DNA of 64,000 nt from Octopus bimaculoides (Eukaryota): positions 80,086,434 to 80,150,433 of the forward strand of contig NC_068983.1 in the NCBI RefSeq assembly GCF_001194135.2, written 5' to 3'. A program made the position numbers and the translations under genes. The first letter of the stretch is position 1. Each line of letters starts with the position of its first letter. Under the pieces are notes generated by a model, which did no database searches, was not told the origin of the DNA, and was given only the letters and a program-made list of their open reading frames with translations. This document shows, one piece after another, positions 1 through 13,132 of this stretch.

Positions 1-974
1 GTGTTTAAACATAAACACACTCAAGTATGCAAGCACACATGTGCATACAAGAACACAGACACTCACACACACAACTCCTGGCTATCATCTCTTCCTTATG
101 TCTAACAGGTAGATGATAGATGATCCTGGCAATTTACCCAATACAGTAATATCATTAGCTTTAAGCTATTCATTGAATTTTGCGGAATGACAGTATACTT
201 TTGGGATTATTTTGAAATTATAAATGATTACATGAGTAGGAAACATCTGAAGAACATGCAGCTTAGTTTTTTTTTAGTTCATGGTTGTACCTTAATGTAC
301 AACCTTTGAAATAAATACCAGCTCTTCTCTTCACAAAAGAAGTTCTTCCACGTTATATAAAGGATGGATATTGCTAGTGTATACTTGAGATCGTACTTTG
401 AGTTTGGATGATGAACAGAAAGGGCATTAGTTGCAAATTGCTTAATGGGTGTTTTGTCAATGAACATGACTTTAAACTAGTACTGCTTATTCAGTTGGTG
501 ATGAACCTGAACGTTTTTCAGTGATAGCCTTGCCTTTTGTCATATAGCTTGACTGAAGACATTTTGTAATGTTATCTTATTGTGTTAGTGCTGCATTTTA
601 ACATTGCTGGGTGTTTCCTATGGTATTGTACATATGTTTAGATTACTTTATTTTTCTGCTTTCAGTCATTGAACTGCTATCTCGCTGCTATCTTAACATA
701 CTTGTGCAGTACTATTATATGTAAATAAGGATGCAACACGAAGATAAATCATGCAGTTAGTTTGAAGAGTTGTAACTCAAGGTCTGCTTCTTCTGCCAAA
801 AGATTTGTATCTTCCTGATAAAATTCAAATAAGGCATTTTAGATATCTTTCCTTTAACAGATACGTTTCACTGCATTGATATCTCAAGAGTAATTTGAGC
901 TCTTTTATTTTCAATAGTACTTCCATAAATCTATAAAATATTGTTATAACTTACAATGTCCGAAATGTAAGGGA

Positions 975-1520
975 AGGGATGTGACCTCGAAGTTAAGGTG
1001 TTCGACTCACAGCCATAATGTCATGAGTCTAATTCCTGAGCCAGGCAGCACATTGTGCCCTTGGGCATGGCACTTCACTTCATGTCACTTCAGTCTACAG
1101 AGCTGAAAATAGATACCAACTTAGTGCTGGTGCAGCACTCTCTCACAACATTCTCAGTGTTCCACTGGTCAAGGATGGGAGGGTCATTGATGAGTGGGTC
1201 AAGAGAATGTATATGACTACTCACAATTATATAGACACCTAAAACAATTTGTAAATGTATGCTACATGTTTGCTATACCAGGACTCATGCACAGAAGAAG
1301 CGTCAAAACTTGTGCTCTGGGACCCACAACATGATACCAGAAAGTATGGGAGACATCATATGACATTTATCAATAACCTGAGAGAGAACACAGAATTGGA
1401 TTCTATGCACAAACTTATGGTGACAATGATACATTGAGATGCTTAGTGAAATGGCCTTTTCTTTGAAGACTAGTTGGGAGCTTGGCCAAAGTAAAGTAAA
1501 AGTAGGATACAAGTTTAACA
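975..1520 (+). mobile_element. tRNA-headed SINE joined to a LINE-derived 3' segment (decayed RT C-terminus)
   Basis: 975-1130 has a degenerate A/B-box head and a CORE-like CCCTTGGGCA motif. 1255-1437 translates to EEASKLVLWDPQHDTRKYGRHHMTFINNLRENTEL, which resembles the ASKLVLW..HG.R.RGR...Y.D.L C-terminus of non-LTR reverse transcriptases. Confidence 0.65.
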
Positions 1521-1888
1521 GGTTATACTTACTTATAAGTGACAGCTAAGCCAAGCATCATAAATGTCAAACAGAAGATGAAATTATGAAATATGAATTT
1601 ATGATTTTATCATTCATATTATTGAAATATGTGATATAAATTAATTAATATTATCACTTGCAAATAACAATTAATTAGTTTTTATTTTTTATACCAAAAT
1701 ATATTTATAAAAATACTAAATTTCATCTAAGAATTTGTGCTTTTTACCAGGACAGAATACATGCATATATATATGTATATATATAAATGACTGAAACAAA
1801 TAAAAGAATATATGTATCTATATATATAATCTCATATACATGAATGTATATATTTTGTTGTATGTGTCAAAATGTGCACATACATATA

Positions 1889-1919
<31 letters not shown>

Positions 1920-2524
1920 CGATTTCATTGTGTCAAAAGAAAATTGAAACTGACAAAACATCATTTCTAGATAGCAAATGAAATTCAAAGAGAATTGCCT
2001 AGGTTCTCTTAGATTCTTGGATGAACTTTTGCAACAGATCTTCCATAGTGCTTTTCAGCCATAGATGACATACTTCTAATGTCAATAAACCCAAACTTAT
2101 TATACAAGACTATCCTGATAGTATAATTTTGAATATTATTGACATATCAACAGAAACCAATGTTCTGCAATATTAGTAATATCTTAGAGCCATGATGGAA
2201 TTTATTATCCAGAAGCAAGATCAGTAAGGTAAACAACTGAAATTTAAATCTAGTTCATTCTGACTCTACTACAGTTATTAAGCTTCATGATGAGATTAGT
2301 AACTCACCTGTTGTTGACTCAGTCTCCCCTCAGTCACCTCAGTTTTCTATAAGTAGGGACTAAAGACCAGTAGAGCATTATAGCTCTACTAACTGATAAT
2401 TACATGTTATCTTTCCATCAAGCTGATCTGTCATCTTCCATTGGTAAATGAAATTAACAATTAATGGTATTAACTGTTTATTTTTTTACATACAATAATG
2501 TTTAAAAAAAATTTTAATACATAC

Positions 2525-2858
2525 TTGTGCCCGTGGCATGTGTAATGGACTTTTGAGCGAGATTGTTGCCAGTGCCCCTGGACTGGCTCTTGTGCGGGTG
2601 GCATATAAAATACACCATTTCGAGCGTGGCCGTTGCCAGTACCGCCTGACTGGTCTCGTGCGGGTGGCACGTAAAAGCACCCACTACACTCTCAGAGTGG
2701 TTGGCGTTAGGAAGGGCATCCAGCTGTAGAAACTCTGCCAAATCAGATTGGAGCCTGGTGTAGCCATCCGGTTTCACCAATCCTCAGTCAAATCGTCCAA
2801 CCCATGCTAGCATGGAAAGCGGACGTTAAACGATGATGATGATGATGATGATGATGAT
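2525..2858 (+). mobile_element. Young, 5'-truncated SINE/LINE 3' end with ~66-bp internal tandem repeats and (GAT)n tail
   Basis: GC-rich with intact CpGs. Two and a half ~66-bp units (GTGCGGGTGGCA...GTTGCCAGT), then GGCGTTAGGAAGGGCATCCAGC...CCCATGCTAGCATGGAAAGCGGACGTTAAACGATGATGAT. The same tail recurs decayed at ~24260, ~32080, ~44500, ~59404 (-) and ~60180. Confidence 0.8.
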
Positions 2859-5625
2859 TTGTTTGTTCTATTTAGTTGTAAGATGTTTACAATATTTTCT
2901 GTAATTATATTCAATTATATTACTGCTTGTCGTGTTCAAGTACTTGTGTATATATTTCCAGTTTTGCACTAAGTAAACAATGTTAGCCCATACCATGAGT
3001 TCAATCAGACAATGAGTTAAACCAGACACCTTTTTCCTTTTTTAACAGGGTCTTATTCTGTGTGTGTGTGGGAATTTCATTAGAACTGTGTCAGTGATTA
3101 GGATGCAGTGGTGCAAGGAAAATGCATCTTGAGAGATGTAAAGTGAATTTAAGTCTTTGTATGTATCTTGATAGCTAAACTGGTTCTTTCACAATATAAT
3201 TGACTATGCACACACACTCACACATATACACACACGCACACATATACACACACACACACACAACACACATATAGTATTTTAAAATTTGATTATCAAAAGT
3301 CATAATTTGGTATAGCTATATTAAATTGAAAAAAATTTAGTTTCGTTTGAGTAAAGCTTGCAAATTGACATATCTCTTTTAATCACTATCTGCCCTTTTA
3401 TTGATCCTTAGCCACAGCTGGTGTGTTTAATTTGTTGTATGTGATCCGGTTCCCATTTCTCATTTACGCTGATGTGATGTGATAAATTTGTTCCTAATGA
3501 CTCTGGAGGAATGAAAAGCAATTGTAATAATCTTCAAATTCATCTGACTAATAGGCTATTACTTGCTTGTGATTAAGCTATTAACTCTTAATTTCATATG
3601 ACATGATATTTTGTTGGTGTTCACTTTATTTTTATATTAATGTTATGTTCTATATCAATTTTTTGTTAATTCTGTTCTACTCAGAAAATGCAGATCTTCT
3701 AGCCTGTGGCAGTTTTATAAAGTATAGTTTAAAAAATGATTTATTTGGCTTAAGGTTTTAAATATTACTTCAATTTAGCTGAAAGACATGCAGAAATTAT
3801 TCATTTTCTGTAGTCAGTCTACATCTGATACCAACTTTTATTTCCTTTATGACAATAATATCAAGTGCATGGTTCTTTTTCCTTGTTTCTCAAGATTAAA
3901 CTGTCTTAATCAGAATTACTAATAGCAAGACAGTTAACTTTTACCAACTGTCATCATGTACTATATAATTCTTTGAGATAATTTACTTTGAATTTCTGTT
4001 GAACATATCGTTTGGCTTAATTCGAATTTCAAGGAAGTATTTATTCACATGGACTGAGTCGAAAGTTGTTATTTGTATCTAGCTTTATAGAGCTAAGAAA
4101 TAATTGATTGGCAGTGTTGCTTATTCAACATTTGCCAATCAATAATTTCCATTACCAATAACCATGTTGTAGCTAATTATCATTCTAGAACTACACAAGG
4201 GGAGCAATGGGAGTGTAATGGACATTTAAATTAAGTTTCAAACCTGTTGGGTCATAAGGTAACCTTTTAAAGATTTTTGCCTTTATGTAAAACTAGGCTA
4301 TGTCAAGTAAATGTAACCTCCTTGAATTAATTTCTCTTCAAGCTACACTCATGTCATGAGAAGAGATGAACTTAGCTCTACAACCTAACCAAATACTCAT
4401 CAGTTAGTTATCAAGTACACTGTTCCTTATGCTGTCAAACATGGTATTTATTGATGTGCAGTGAGCCATTGATAGTTCAGCATCATAGCTATAGGCACAG
4501 TGCAGTATCAGTGACAAAATACAAATCATTGACTCCTTGAGACCATAGGCTAACATCCTCTCAATTTATGTGTTGCCACAATTCAGAAAATTAGCTTTAA
4601 AAAGAAGCTTAAAATATTCTTAATACATACATACTACTGTATATACATGCAAAGGAAAGCTACAACTTCATTAATGCTAAAAGTGATACCATACTGTGTT
4701 TTTTATCAAACTAACTCAAGGGAATATTATGCTATAACAATAAAAAAACAATTATATTTTGTTTGTTGTTTTTACTGCTACTGAAAAATATTTCTTTTAG
4801 ATTATAAGCATTATGGCATCAATATTAGCCAAAAAAAAATCAAATAAATAAATGTAAGTCATTGAGAAAGTCTCTGTACAGTCACTCTACCTGCTGGAGT
4901 TAGCAGGCAAATTTCCCTCAAATTTCCTATTGTATTGAAGAGTTAATAAGGTCAGGATTTGAATGTGTTAATCATGATTGACTTAATGTTACAAACAGTT
5001 AAATGAGATTGAAATAAACAACTATTAATTGCTTTTTTATTTTTATTTATTTTCACAAATAAAGAAAATATGAATATTTAAATCATAACTTATAATTTAT
5101 AATATGTTTGTGAATCCCCTATTTTTACCAATCAAACAATTTAATTTACTATGTCATATCTACAGTTTATTGATTTTATTTCTGATGTAAATGCTTAAAG
5201 CTGAATATAGATGTAATTCAGTGAATAATATTTGTATTAATTTTGTATTTTACTTAATTTTCAAGTTATTTTATTTCATTTTATAGTAACTCTCTAAATA
5301 ATATTTCCAATGCATTGACTCCACTGTCAAGTTTTAGAAACACTACTTACTGCCTGTAGATTTACAGCTTTACCTTTACGAGGATTAAAAGTGACTTAAA
5401 TCTATTGTAATTTTTGTTGCCCTTATTAATCTTTTTACAATGAATTGCCAGACTTTTAGATTTTTATATCCCTCTTTTCATCACACCTTAGTCATTACAA
5501 TGAATGTTATTTTATTCCTGTCAGTAATCTCTTAATTCTTTTTATCCATCTGTCAAATTTTAAATGTTTCTTCATTTCCTTTCTTTTTTCTATTACCCTA
5601 TATATTTTAGCCTTGCTCTAGTTTC

Positions 5626-5626
<1 letters not shown>

Positions 5627-5676
<50 letters not shown>

Positions 5677-6650
5677 TAATGAGCTTATTGCAGTCAGTGC
5701 TCGGGTGCACTACATCTCATGAGGAAACAGGTAAAAGAAGTGACAGAAAGTGGCAATGAATAAATAAAGACATCAATGATAGCCAAAAGTGTATGTATAG
5801 AACAAAGGCTAAAGCAAAAAAATAGAAGTAAAAAAAAAAAAGAGAGAGAAAGAGAAACATGAACAGTTAAAGAGCCATATAGTTCATAGGCACATCAGGA
5901 GTAGTGTTAACAAACTTCAAGAAGAATGGTATTTATTAAGGATGCAGTGTCTTGATGCTAATAACCAACACAGGTAGTTTATTCAATAATTCTGAACATA
6001 AAAAAGTGTTTTTGAAACACGTGGCTATGACATTGTTTTTTGTTTTTTTAGTTCTACTGGTGGTAGAGATAGATATTGAATTAACAAAGGTGGCCAAAGT
6101 TGTTGGAAAGATGGTGGATATTTTTTGGCTTTTACCAAGTCAGCTGCTAGATATTAAAGCTTTAGTGTGCTGGTACCCAGAGAACTAAGATATTTAAGAT
6201 ATAGTGACAGATGAAGGGTATTTGTCTGGTTGTATGCCTTTGGGTAACTTCTGGTTAACTGATATTCTGGACAAGATGTAAGGTCCAGGACAAATATGCA
6301 AGCTGTATCGCTGTACCATAGCCATGTGTGGTTTTAAATAGCCAATGAGCAGCTGGCAAAGATCTTACTGAGTAATGCTAAAATACCTTCAAACTTTTGG
6401 ACTATGTTAGAAATGCTGTTCATCCAATGTAGATCATTATTGACAGTAATTCCTATGTCATGTTCTCATCAGCAGGTTTCTTTATGCTGCAGTAGATGCT
6501 AAATTCCAGGTTTTTCCTCCCAAAATGTATAGTGGTGCACTTAGCTACAGCCATTGTTGTTTTGTGTCCAGGTGATATTGCCAGAATATTTATAGCGTAT
6601 AAGGTCTATTCTTTTTATCTTGAAGTACAGCTTATTGTTGTCTGTAAAAA
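5627..6650 (-). mobile_element. Decayed CR1-type LINE 3' fragment with (TTA)n tail
   Basis: The minus strand near 6361-6470 reads EHDIGITVNNDLHWMNSISNIVQKFEGILALLSKI, similar to the CR1 EKDLGV.VD..L.W motif. A decayed LAADL-like segment follows, and the (AAT)n run at 5627-5675 is positioned as the tail. Confidence 0.7.
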
Positions 6651-7748
6651 TGATTCAACTTGGAATTTATTTCATAAATATATACAACAAACAACACAAG
6701 ACCAAAAACAAATTTCTGCTGGACTCCAGATTTTACATAGTGCGGCAAATGTCCTATTCAAGCCATCATCCTATTGCTCCCTGACACAGTCACTAATTGC
6801 TTCACTTTTTTTTTTTACAAATGCAATTGAGTTAGAAAACATGTTTATGGCAATCATTTAATTTCAGTTATTTTAAAATATTAAAACAATAGTATTAAGA
6901 AGACTCCTGAAATATGTTTTATAGTGTTCAACAATAGTTAACAATGTTTTATAATGTTCAATGTAATGTTATACATCATTTAACAATGTCTAAAACTGCG
7001 TTACAAGCAAATGAAAAAGCTTCTGTGTAGTCACTCGACATGTAAGAAATAGCAGAATACTCACAAATCACACTCTACAGACTTAAACAAAAATAGCATC
7101 ATAAAGTAAGTTGGAATACCTTACAGCATAATTCTGATCTTTCAAGATTTACCTTGACTTAAACAACAACAACATTACTATTGCATTACCATTTCTATTT
7201 TATTGTGGAAAGTTTGTGGATTCTACCTTAAATGTTTACAGAGTAAATAAGATAATCTTCTTAGTTCATTTCAAGTTCATCAAACTCCACTATATGGGAG
7301 CTTCGTTTGGTGGAAATCTATAAAATACAAGCAGACCTCTAGTTTAGACTGTACTAGGATTACAAATATTCTGTATTTTAAGTGTGGACTCTGGAGAGAC
7401 ACAACAACGTTGAGCAAAGATAGTGTATGTGTGCCTGTGTGCGTGCATACATGTGAATGTTTGTGAGTGTGTGCACATGTATTTGCGGATAAATATTAAC
7501 AATCTGCAGTAAATTACAAGCAGTGGCATAACCAACTGTGGCTGGGTTGAAACAGGTGAAGTTTGTTGATGTTTCCTATCAACAAGTTATCTGCTGGTTC
7601 TGTATTTTCAAATTCCTCTGGAATTAAAATTCCCGTACTTAAAAGGCAGGTAAGAGCTAGAGACTATCAAGCTATAAGAATCCTACCTCAAGCACGATCT
7701 CATCTAATCATTGATAGCATTGAAAGTACAAATGAATATATATATATA

Positions 7749-8931
7749 TCAGGGTCAGCTGAAAAGTTCATAGGCTGACCAAGATACTCTCATGAGGTTT
7801 ATTTATCAACAGAGCCCCCCACCCCCCACCCCTTGCAATCCACACACTTTTTCCATCAGTGTTGTAGTGCTTGAATAACAGGATGAAGAAGCTTTCATCC
7901 TGTTGGTAAAAAAAAAAAAAAAATCATCAACAGCAGATAATGACATCATCATCACTGCGATACTAGTTCTCAGTCAAGAGATTTTCATGTTGGGGAACAG
8001 ATGATAGCCAGATAGGACCAAATTAGGAAAATAGGTCAGGTAATCAACAAAAACCGCAGTCACATACAGAAGCCATTGAAACCTAGGATGTGCGTGCTAG
8101 AGCACTTGCCTAATGAAACAAGACCCCTTTCATTACTTTTTCTGAGCATTTGGTCTTGATAGCCTTTCATTAGTACCTCTACACCATTGATGGTGTGGCC
8201 CTTTTGAAAATAGTCAATAAATATAATGTCTTTTGAATTCCCCAAAACTAAGTCCATCACCTTTACTGTATTGACCTTGACCTTCTCTGGAGCAGGTGAA
8301 GCAGAGTGATTCCTCTGCATGGATTATCTCTTTGTCTCTGGTTCAGATTAAAGAATGCAGCATTTATCTTGGCTTAGGAAACATTCATGGAAACCAGCTG
8401 GATCTGCTGGAAACAATGTCAGATTTTCCTATAATGTAACCAACCTGATGTGCTTTTGATCAGGTGTCAGAAGACATGGAACCTACCAAACAGAAACGTT
8501 CATCATGCCAAGTCACCTGTCAGCCATCAGCATGTAGTGAACATGATCATTGTTTTCCTTGGTGGTGGCAGTTGCCGGACCTCCAGACCTTGGGTCATCT
8601 TCAAGACTCTCCTTTCCCCTCCTAAATTCAGCTACCCATGTCTGCATAGTTGATAAAGCTGGAGCATCATCCCCTAAGATAGAAACTATGTCAGCATGAA
8701 TGCCATTTCCTGTAGGTATTTGATAACACTGCAATGCCCAATTTTGTTCATTTTCAAGAGAATTCACTACTACTTAGTTTTGAAGTCTACTTTGAACAGT
8801 CAGATGTGAGGTTACCTGGAAAGAAAGAATGCAGCTATTAATTAAAATAGTTGAAATAACTTCATGCAAGATTTTGCAGCTCTAGCACTACTCCTTCAAA
8901 ATCGGCCTACAAACTTTTCAACCCACCCTGG
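7749..8931 (-). mobile_element. Decayed mariner DNA transposon (irritans-like), near full length, TA TSD
   Basis: Imperfect TIRs TCAGGGTCAGCTGAAAAGTTCATAGGC (from 7749) and, reverse-complemented, CCAGGGTGGGTTGAAAAGTTTGTAGGC (ending 8931). Flanking TA at 7747-7748 and 8932-8933. Transposase fragments: IHADIVSILGDDAPALSTMQTWVAEFRRGKESLEDDPRSGGP (HTH), EPETK, and IIFIDYFQKGHTING. Multiple frameshifts and stops. Confidence 0.92.
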
Positions 8932-9611
8932 TATATAAATGATTGTGTGAATTGTATATACTACTTATTGCTTTTCCATGTACTAAAATATAGCATTCTC
9001 TGTTATTCTTCAAAATGAAACCTACTGCCTTTGAAAGAAAGAATAGAACATGAAGTTATGTAGACATATAGTCATGCATCTGAATCAAGTACATGGGGAG
9101 AGAAACATTTGAAAAACTTTTGATTCCTGTCTGCTTGATTAGAAATGAGCCACACCAAACTAATAACAAAATGCACTACTCCATTTTTGTTGTTTTCATT
9201 TGGAGACTACAGAAAATATAATGAAAAGCCATACATATTCCTTAACTTTTAAATTGAAGTAGTGGTTTCATTAATTGTTTTCACTCTATTAACCTAATTG
9301 TCATAATGATTTAGCCACTTGTCTGCTGCATCATTTCCTAGAAATGTTATACAATTTTAAGCAAAGGAACCAAGTCAACATTTCTTGAAAGTGAATCTAA
9401 TTTGAAATGGTTTAAGTTTTACTGCATACATCATCACACTTTGCTATTTCTTTACACACTTACCTGATATAATTCTAATTATTTGGCATTGGAGTTTCTG
9501 TTTTTCTCTAACTATTATTCTTAAACTGCCTTCTCTTTTAAAGACTTCTTCATCTTATTCCTCTATTTCTTTATGTGTGTATGCATGCACACATATTCTT
9601 TTATGCTCTGG

Positions 9612-9983
9612 TATGTTTCAGTTATTGGACCATGCTCATGCTAGGGTACTCTTTTTAATGGTCTGGTCAATCAAATCAGCCCCGGTAACTTTTTAAAGTC
9701 TGGCATTTACTGTATTGGCCTCGTTTTGTTGAACTGCTTAGTTGTGGGAGATGTAAATGAAGCAATACTGGTTAAGTGATAAGAGACAATCGTAAAGATG
9801 CACTCAGACATACATGTGGGTGTGTGTGAAGGGCTTCTGCATAGTTTCTTCCAAATTCACTCAAAAGGCATTGGTCATCCCAAAGCTATAGCTGAAGACA
9901 TCCAAAATGCCACACAGTAGAACTGAACCCCAAACCATTATATTGCATAGTGAATTACTTAACTACACAGCTATGCCTGTGCC

Positions 9984-9984
<1 letters not shown>
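9612..9984 (-). mobile_element. tRNA-derived SINE, family A (CORE-like), decayed
   Basis: The reverse complement matches the head, body and tail of the copies at 24293 and 41866. Confidence 0.75.
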
Positions 9985-9987
<3 letters not shown>

Positions 9988-10052
<65 letters not shown>

Positions 10053-10100
10053 CATACATACATACATACATACATACATCCACCTATCCATCCATCCATT
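9988..10100. repeat. Compound microsatellite (TA)n(GATA)n(CATA)n(CCAT)n
   Basis: Read directly from the sequence. Confidence 0.95.
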
Positions 10101-12289
10101 TCCTTCATACATTCAGACATATAAATGTCTGTTTTTACATGCAGACACACACACACTCACTCACATATGGATAGACTGGTACATTCTAAACACCCTTTTT
10201 AGAAGATAAACTTTGATAAGAATGAAATGATTTCAAGCTGTGTTTTATCATGGTAAAGGATAACACTTGAATTATGCACAGATGACAAGAAGTTTATGAA
10301 CATTGACCACATAAACAAACTACATAGATCCCCATAAAAAAAAATATGTCACAACTAATTCACCTTAAGGGAGATATAATACTGCATCTCTTGATTTATT
10401 CTTCATATTATGCTGATGTTTTTATTCCTCTTTACTCACTGCTTAATTCCCTAAATGCTTCTTATTTGTTTATTTTTTTTATTTATATATTTATTTGATT
10501 GTTTGTTTAGATGATCCCCTAATGTTCTTATTTTTTCTCTAGCCTGAACTTCTTTTAATCTTTTGGGTATGGTAAAAATAACAATTCTATTCTCTCTCAG
10601 CAGTATATGACATTAAAATGTTGAAAATATTATTTTTAACTCTATGATATCCTACAGCTGTTGTTTTCTCATACGGTATCTTATATACTTAGAAAATACA
10701 AAGGAACATTTAAATTTCTTGTTGATGGACATGTATAATTGTTAAAATTATTTTGTTGCAAATTTTCATGGATTAAGTATCATGTTCATAAAACTCTTAC
10801 ATGGACGTATCTTTAATTTTCTGTGGTATTTTAAAAAAGTCTCTGATAAAATAAATAATATGAGAATGTATAATATAAGCTAAATTTTCTTTTGCAAGTT
10901 GATGTTGAGAGCAATATTGAGATGTGTGGTGAATTGCAAAAAGAACTTTAGAAACAAAAGAGATGATAGGAAAATTTGTTCTGATCAGCGCTGAGACATT
11001 CTGTTGCTTTCAGTTCTTTTTTATTAGTGTAGCTAAAGGTAGTATATGACTCATTCATCAATTCATATATTCACAATGATTACGGATTTATGTGTGACTG
11101 CAGCAAAATTCTTTCATTACAAGAGATGTGCAAGTTGATGCTCTCAAGAATGATCTTTTTGATTTATGGCATTTAGTTTTATACAACAATCATCCATCCA
11201 TTTTCTAATTACCAAAAAAAATAACCACAAAATCGATTTTGAAAGCTCTATATTTGAAAGAGAGAGCTGGCATTTATGTTATAAGGCATATAATTTCAAT
11301 TGAATATCCTGATTATCAGTTGCTATTGGTAAGAAATCTTTTTCAAAAGAGACTGCATTTGAAATTCTAATATTTTTATTAGAAACTATTTAAAAAATGT
11401 GAAGATATATCCAACATTTTTCTTAATTTGAATTTTTAGGTCATACTTTTGAAAAACTTTAAAATTCAAATTTTTTAGATCAGAAATTCTGTTTGCCTCC
11501 TGAATACCCAATTTTTCTTCTGAGCTGCACAGTATACTTATAAGTTACTGGGAGAATTTTAAAATTGTACATATTAAAACTGTCCATATCTGCAATCAAG
11601 AAAATACATTCTTCTATATAGAAAAACACACTGAAAATATATAGATGCTTGCAAGTGCATATTTGTAAAATGATGATTATTGGTTTGTATCGTGTCACTA
11701 GCACTGTATTAGCTTCATGGCGAAGTCACTTAATGCTTAAATGATTCTACATGAAAATAGAGTAGGAACATACCAGTATTCCAAATGGTGGCAATATTGT
11801 AATGTTGACAACTAGTTTAACTTCAGAGATGATTACTAATTTTCAAATGAGTCTAGTGAACCAGTTCCAGTAATCTTCTTAATCTTCTCGGTATGCCTTA
11901 CCATTGCATTTGGACTCTGATTCTGAATAATGTCTGCTTGTGACAGCTGGTGTACAAAAGTTCATTCTCATTAAAACTGTCACACCTTGAATTAACACAA
12001 TAAGTTATCACTAATTCTTAACAAAATTAGAATTATGTTTGTGACTGAAGCAACAAATGGCATTGATGATAAAGGATTTCAGTGATAAATTTCCCTGGTT
12101 CGTCCTTATAGGCTCCTAGGTTGAAATAGAATAGTGAAGATACTCTGGATTTATTCATTGTTGAACACTAGAAACAATATAGAGATGGGAAACTAGATCA
12201 CAAAGCTACAACTGAACTGAGTCAGAGTGATAGTTGAATATCCAAGTTAATAAATAACAAAAAGGTTATGCAGACAATTTTTTCCATGC

Positions 12290-13132
12290 TGTGCTCATGC
12301 TGGAGCACCACTGTGAAAAAATGGATGAAATGCTGCTAAGCATTTTGGCCAATGTGCCAATTATGTTCCATGCTTGGATGCTGTTTTTGAATTAAACTAT
12401 AATAAACAATAAAAAAATAAAGAAACTGTATTTTGACTACTGAAATGACTTTCATTTATTCTATTAATATCTTACAATCATACAAAAAAAGATGATTTGA
12501 TTACCACTCAATGTAATAAATTTGATTTAGCATCACAGCACCTCCAAGTTTTAAACAAGTTTTATTTAGTCCCATGATTCTCTGTTAGCATGCAACAAGT
12601 CTAATTTGTCTGTCTACCACATTTTTATCACACACCAATTTATGAACAAAAACTAAAACAAAAACAAAACTTCAAAAACTATAGAGTCCATAAAAACAAT
12701 TGGAAGGGAATAGATAAAATTTATTTTAAAAAATAAGTTAAACTATCAGCGAATAACAGAAAACTAGATAAGAATAAAAAATAAAATGATGAAAAAGAAA
12801 TCATGATATAAAATACTGGAAGAAAAATAGAAATCAAGAGTAAAATATAAATGGAAATAAACTTTTATTAGAAGAGAACAAAAAATGAACTGAGACAATG
12901 AAAATAAGTTGCTTGCCTAAAACTTTCATTTAATGTGAAACGAAAATTTAATATTTTAAAACCATTTTCCTCCGTTAAAAAATTTGTTCAGATTTATAAA
13001 GAGTTTATAAGACCACTATTAAAACTTTATTTGAATAATTACCAACAAGATAGCAAAATTGTTAGCACATTGGCCAAAATGCTGAGCAGCATTTCATCCA
13101 TCTTTTCATGGTGGTGCTCCAGCATGAGCACA
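12290..13132. repeat. Inverted repeat pair: 71-bp arms (12290-12360 and 13062-13132), 701-bp spacer, two mini-SINE copies
   Basis: Manual alignment gives 66/71 identity between arm 1 and the reverse complement of arm 2. Confidence 0.9.

Noticed and set aside
279-467. 62-aa minus-strand ORF and nearby acceptor-like T-run
   Set aside because: No recognisable domain, an in-frame stop four codons upstream without a good acceptor, and all + frames close quickly.
2525-2690. Regularly spaced ~66-bp repeats as a CRISPR array
   Set aside because: Whole units are homologous, there are no unique spacers or cas genes, and the context is a eukaryotic retroposon.
7814-7832. C-rich tract as a G-quadruplex
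   Set aside because: Only about three G-runs on the minus strand, inside a dead transposon, with no supporting context.
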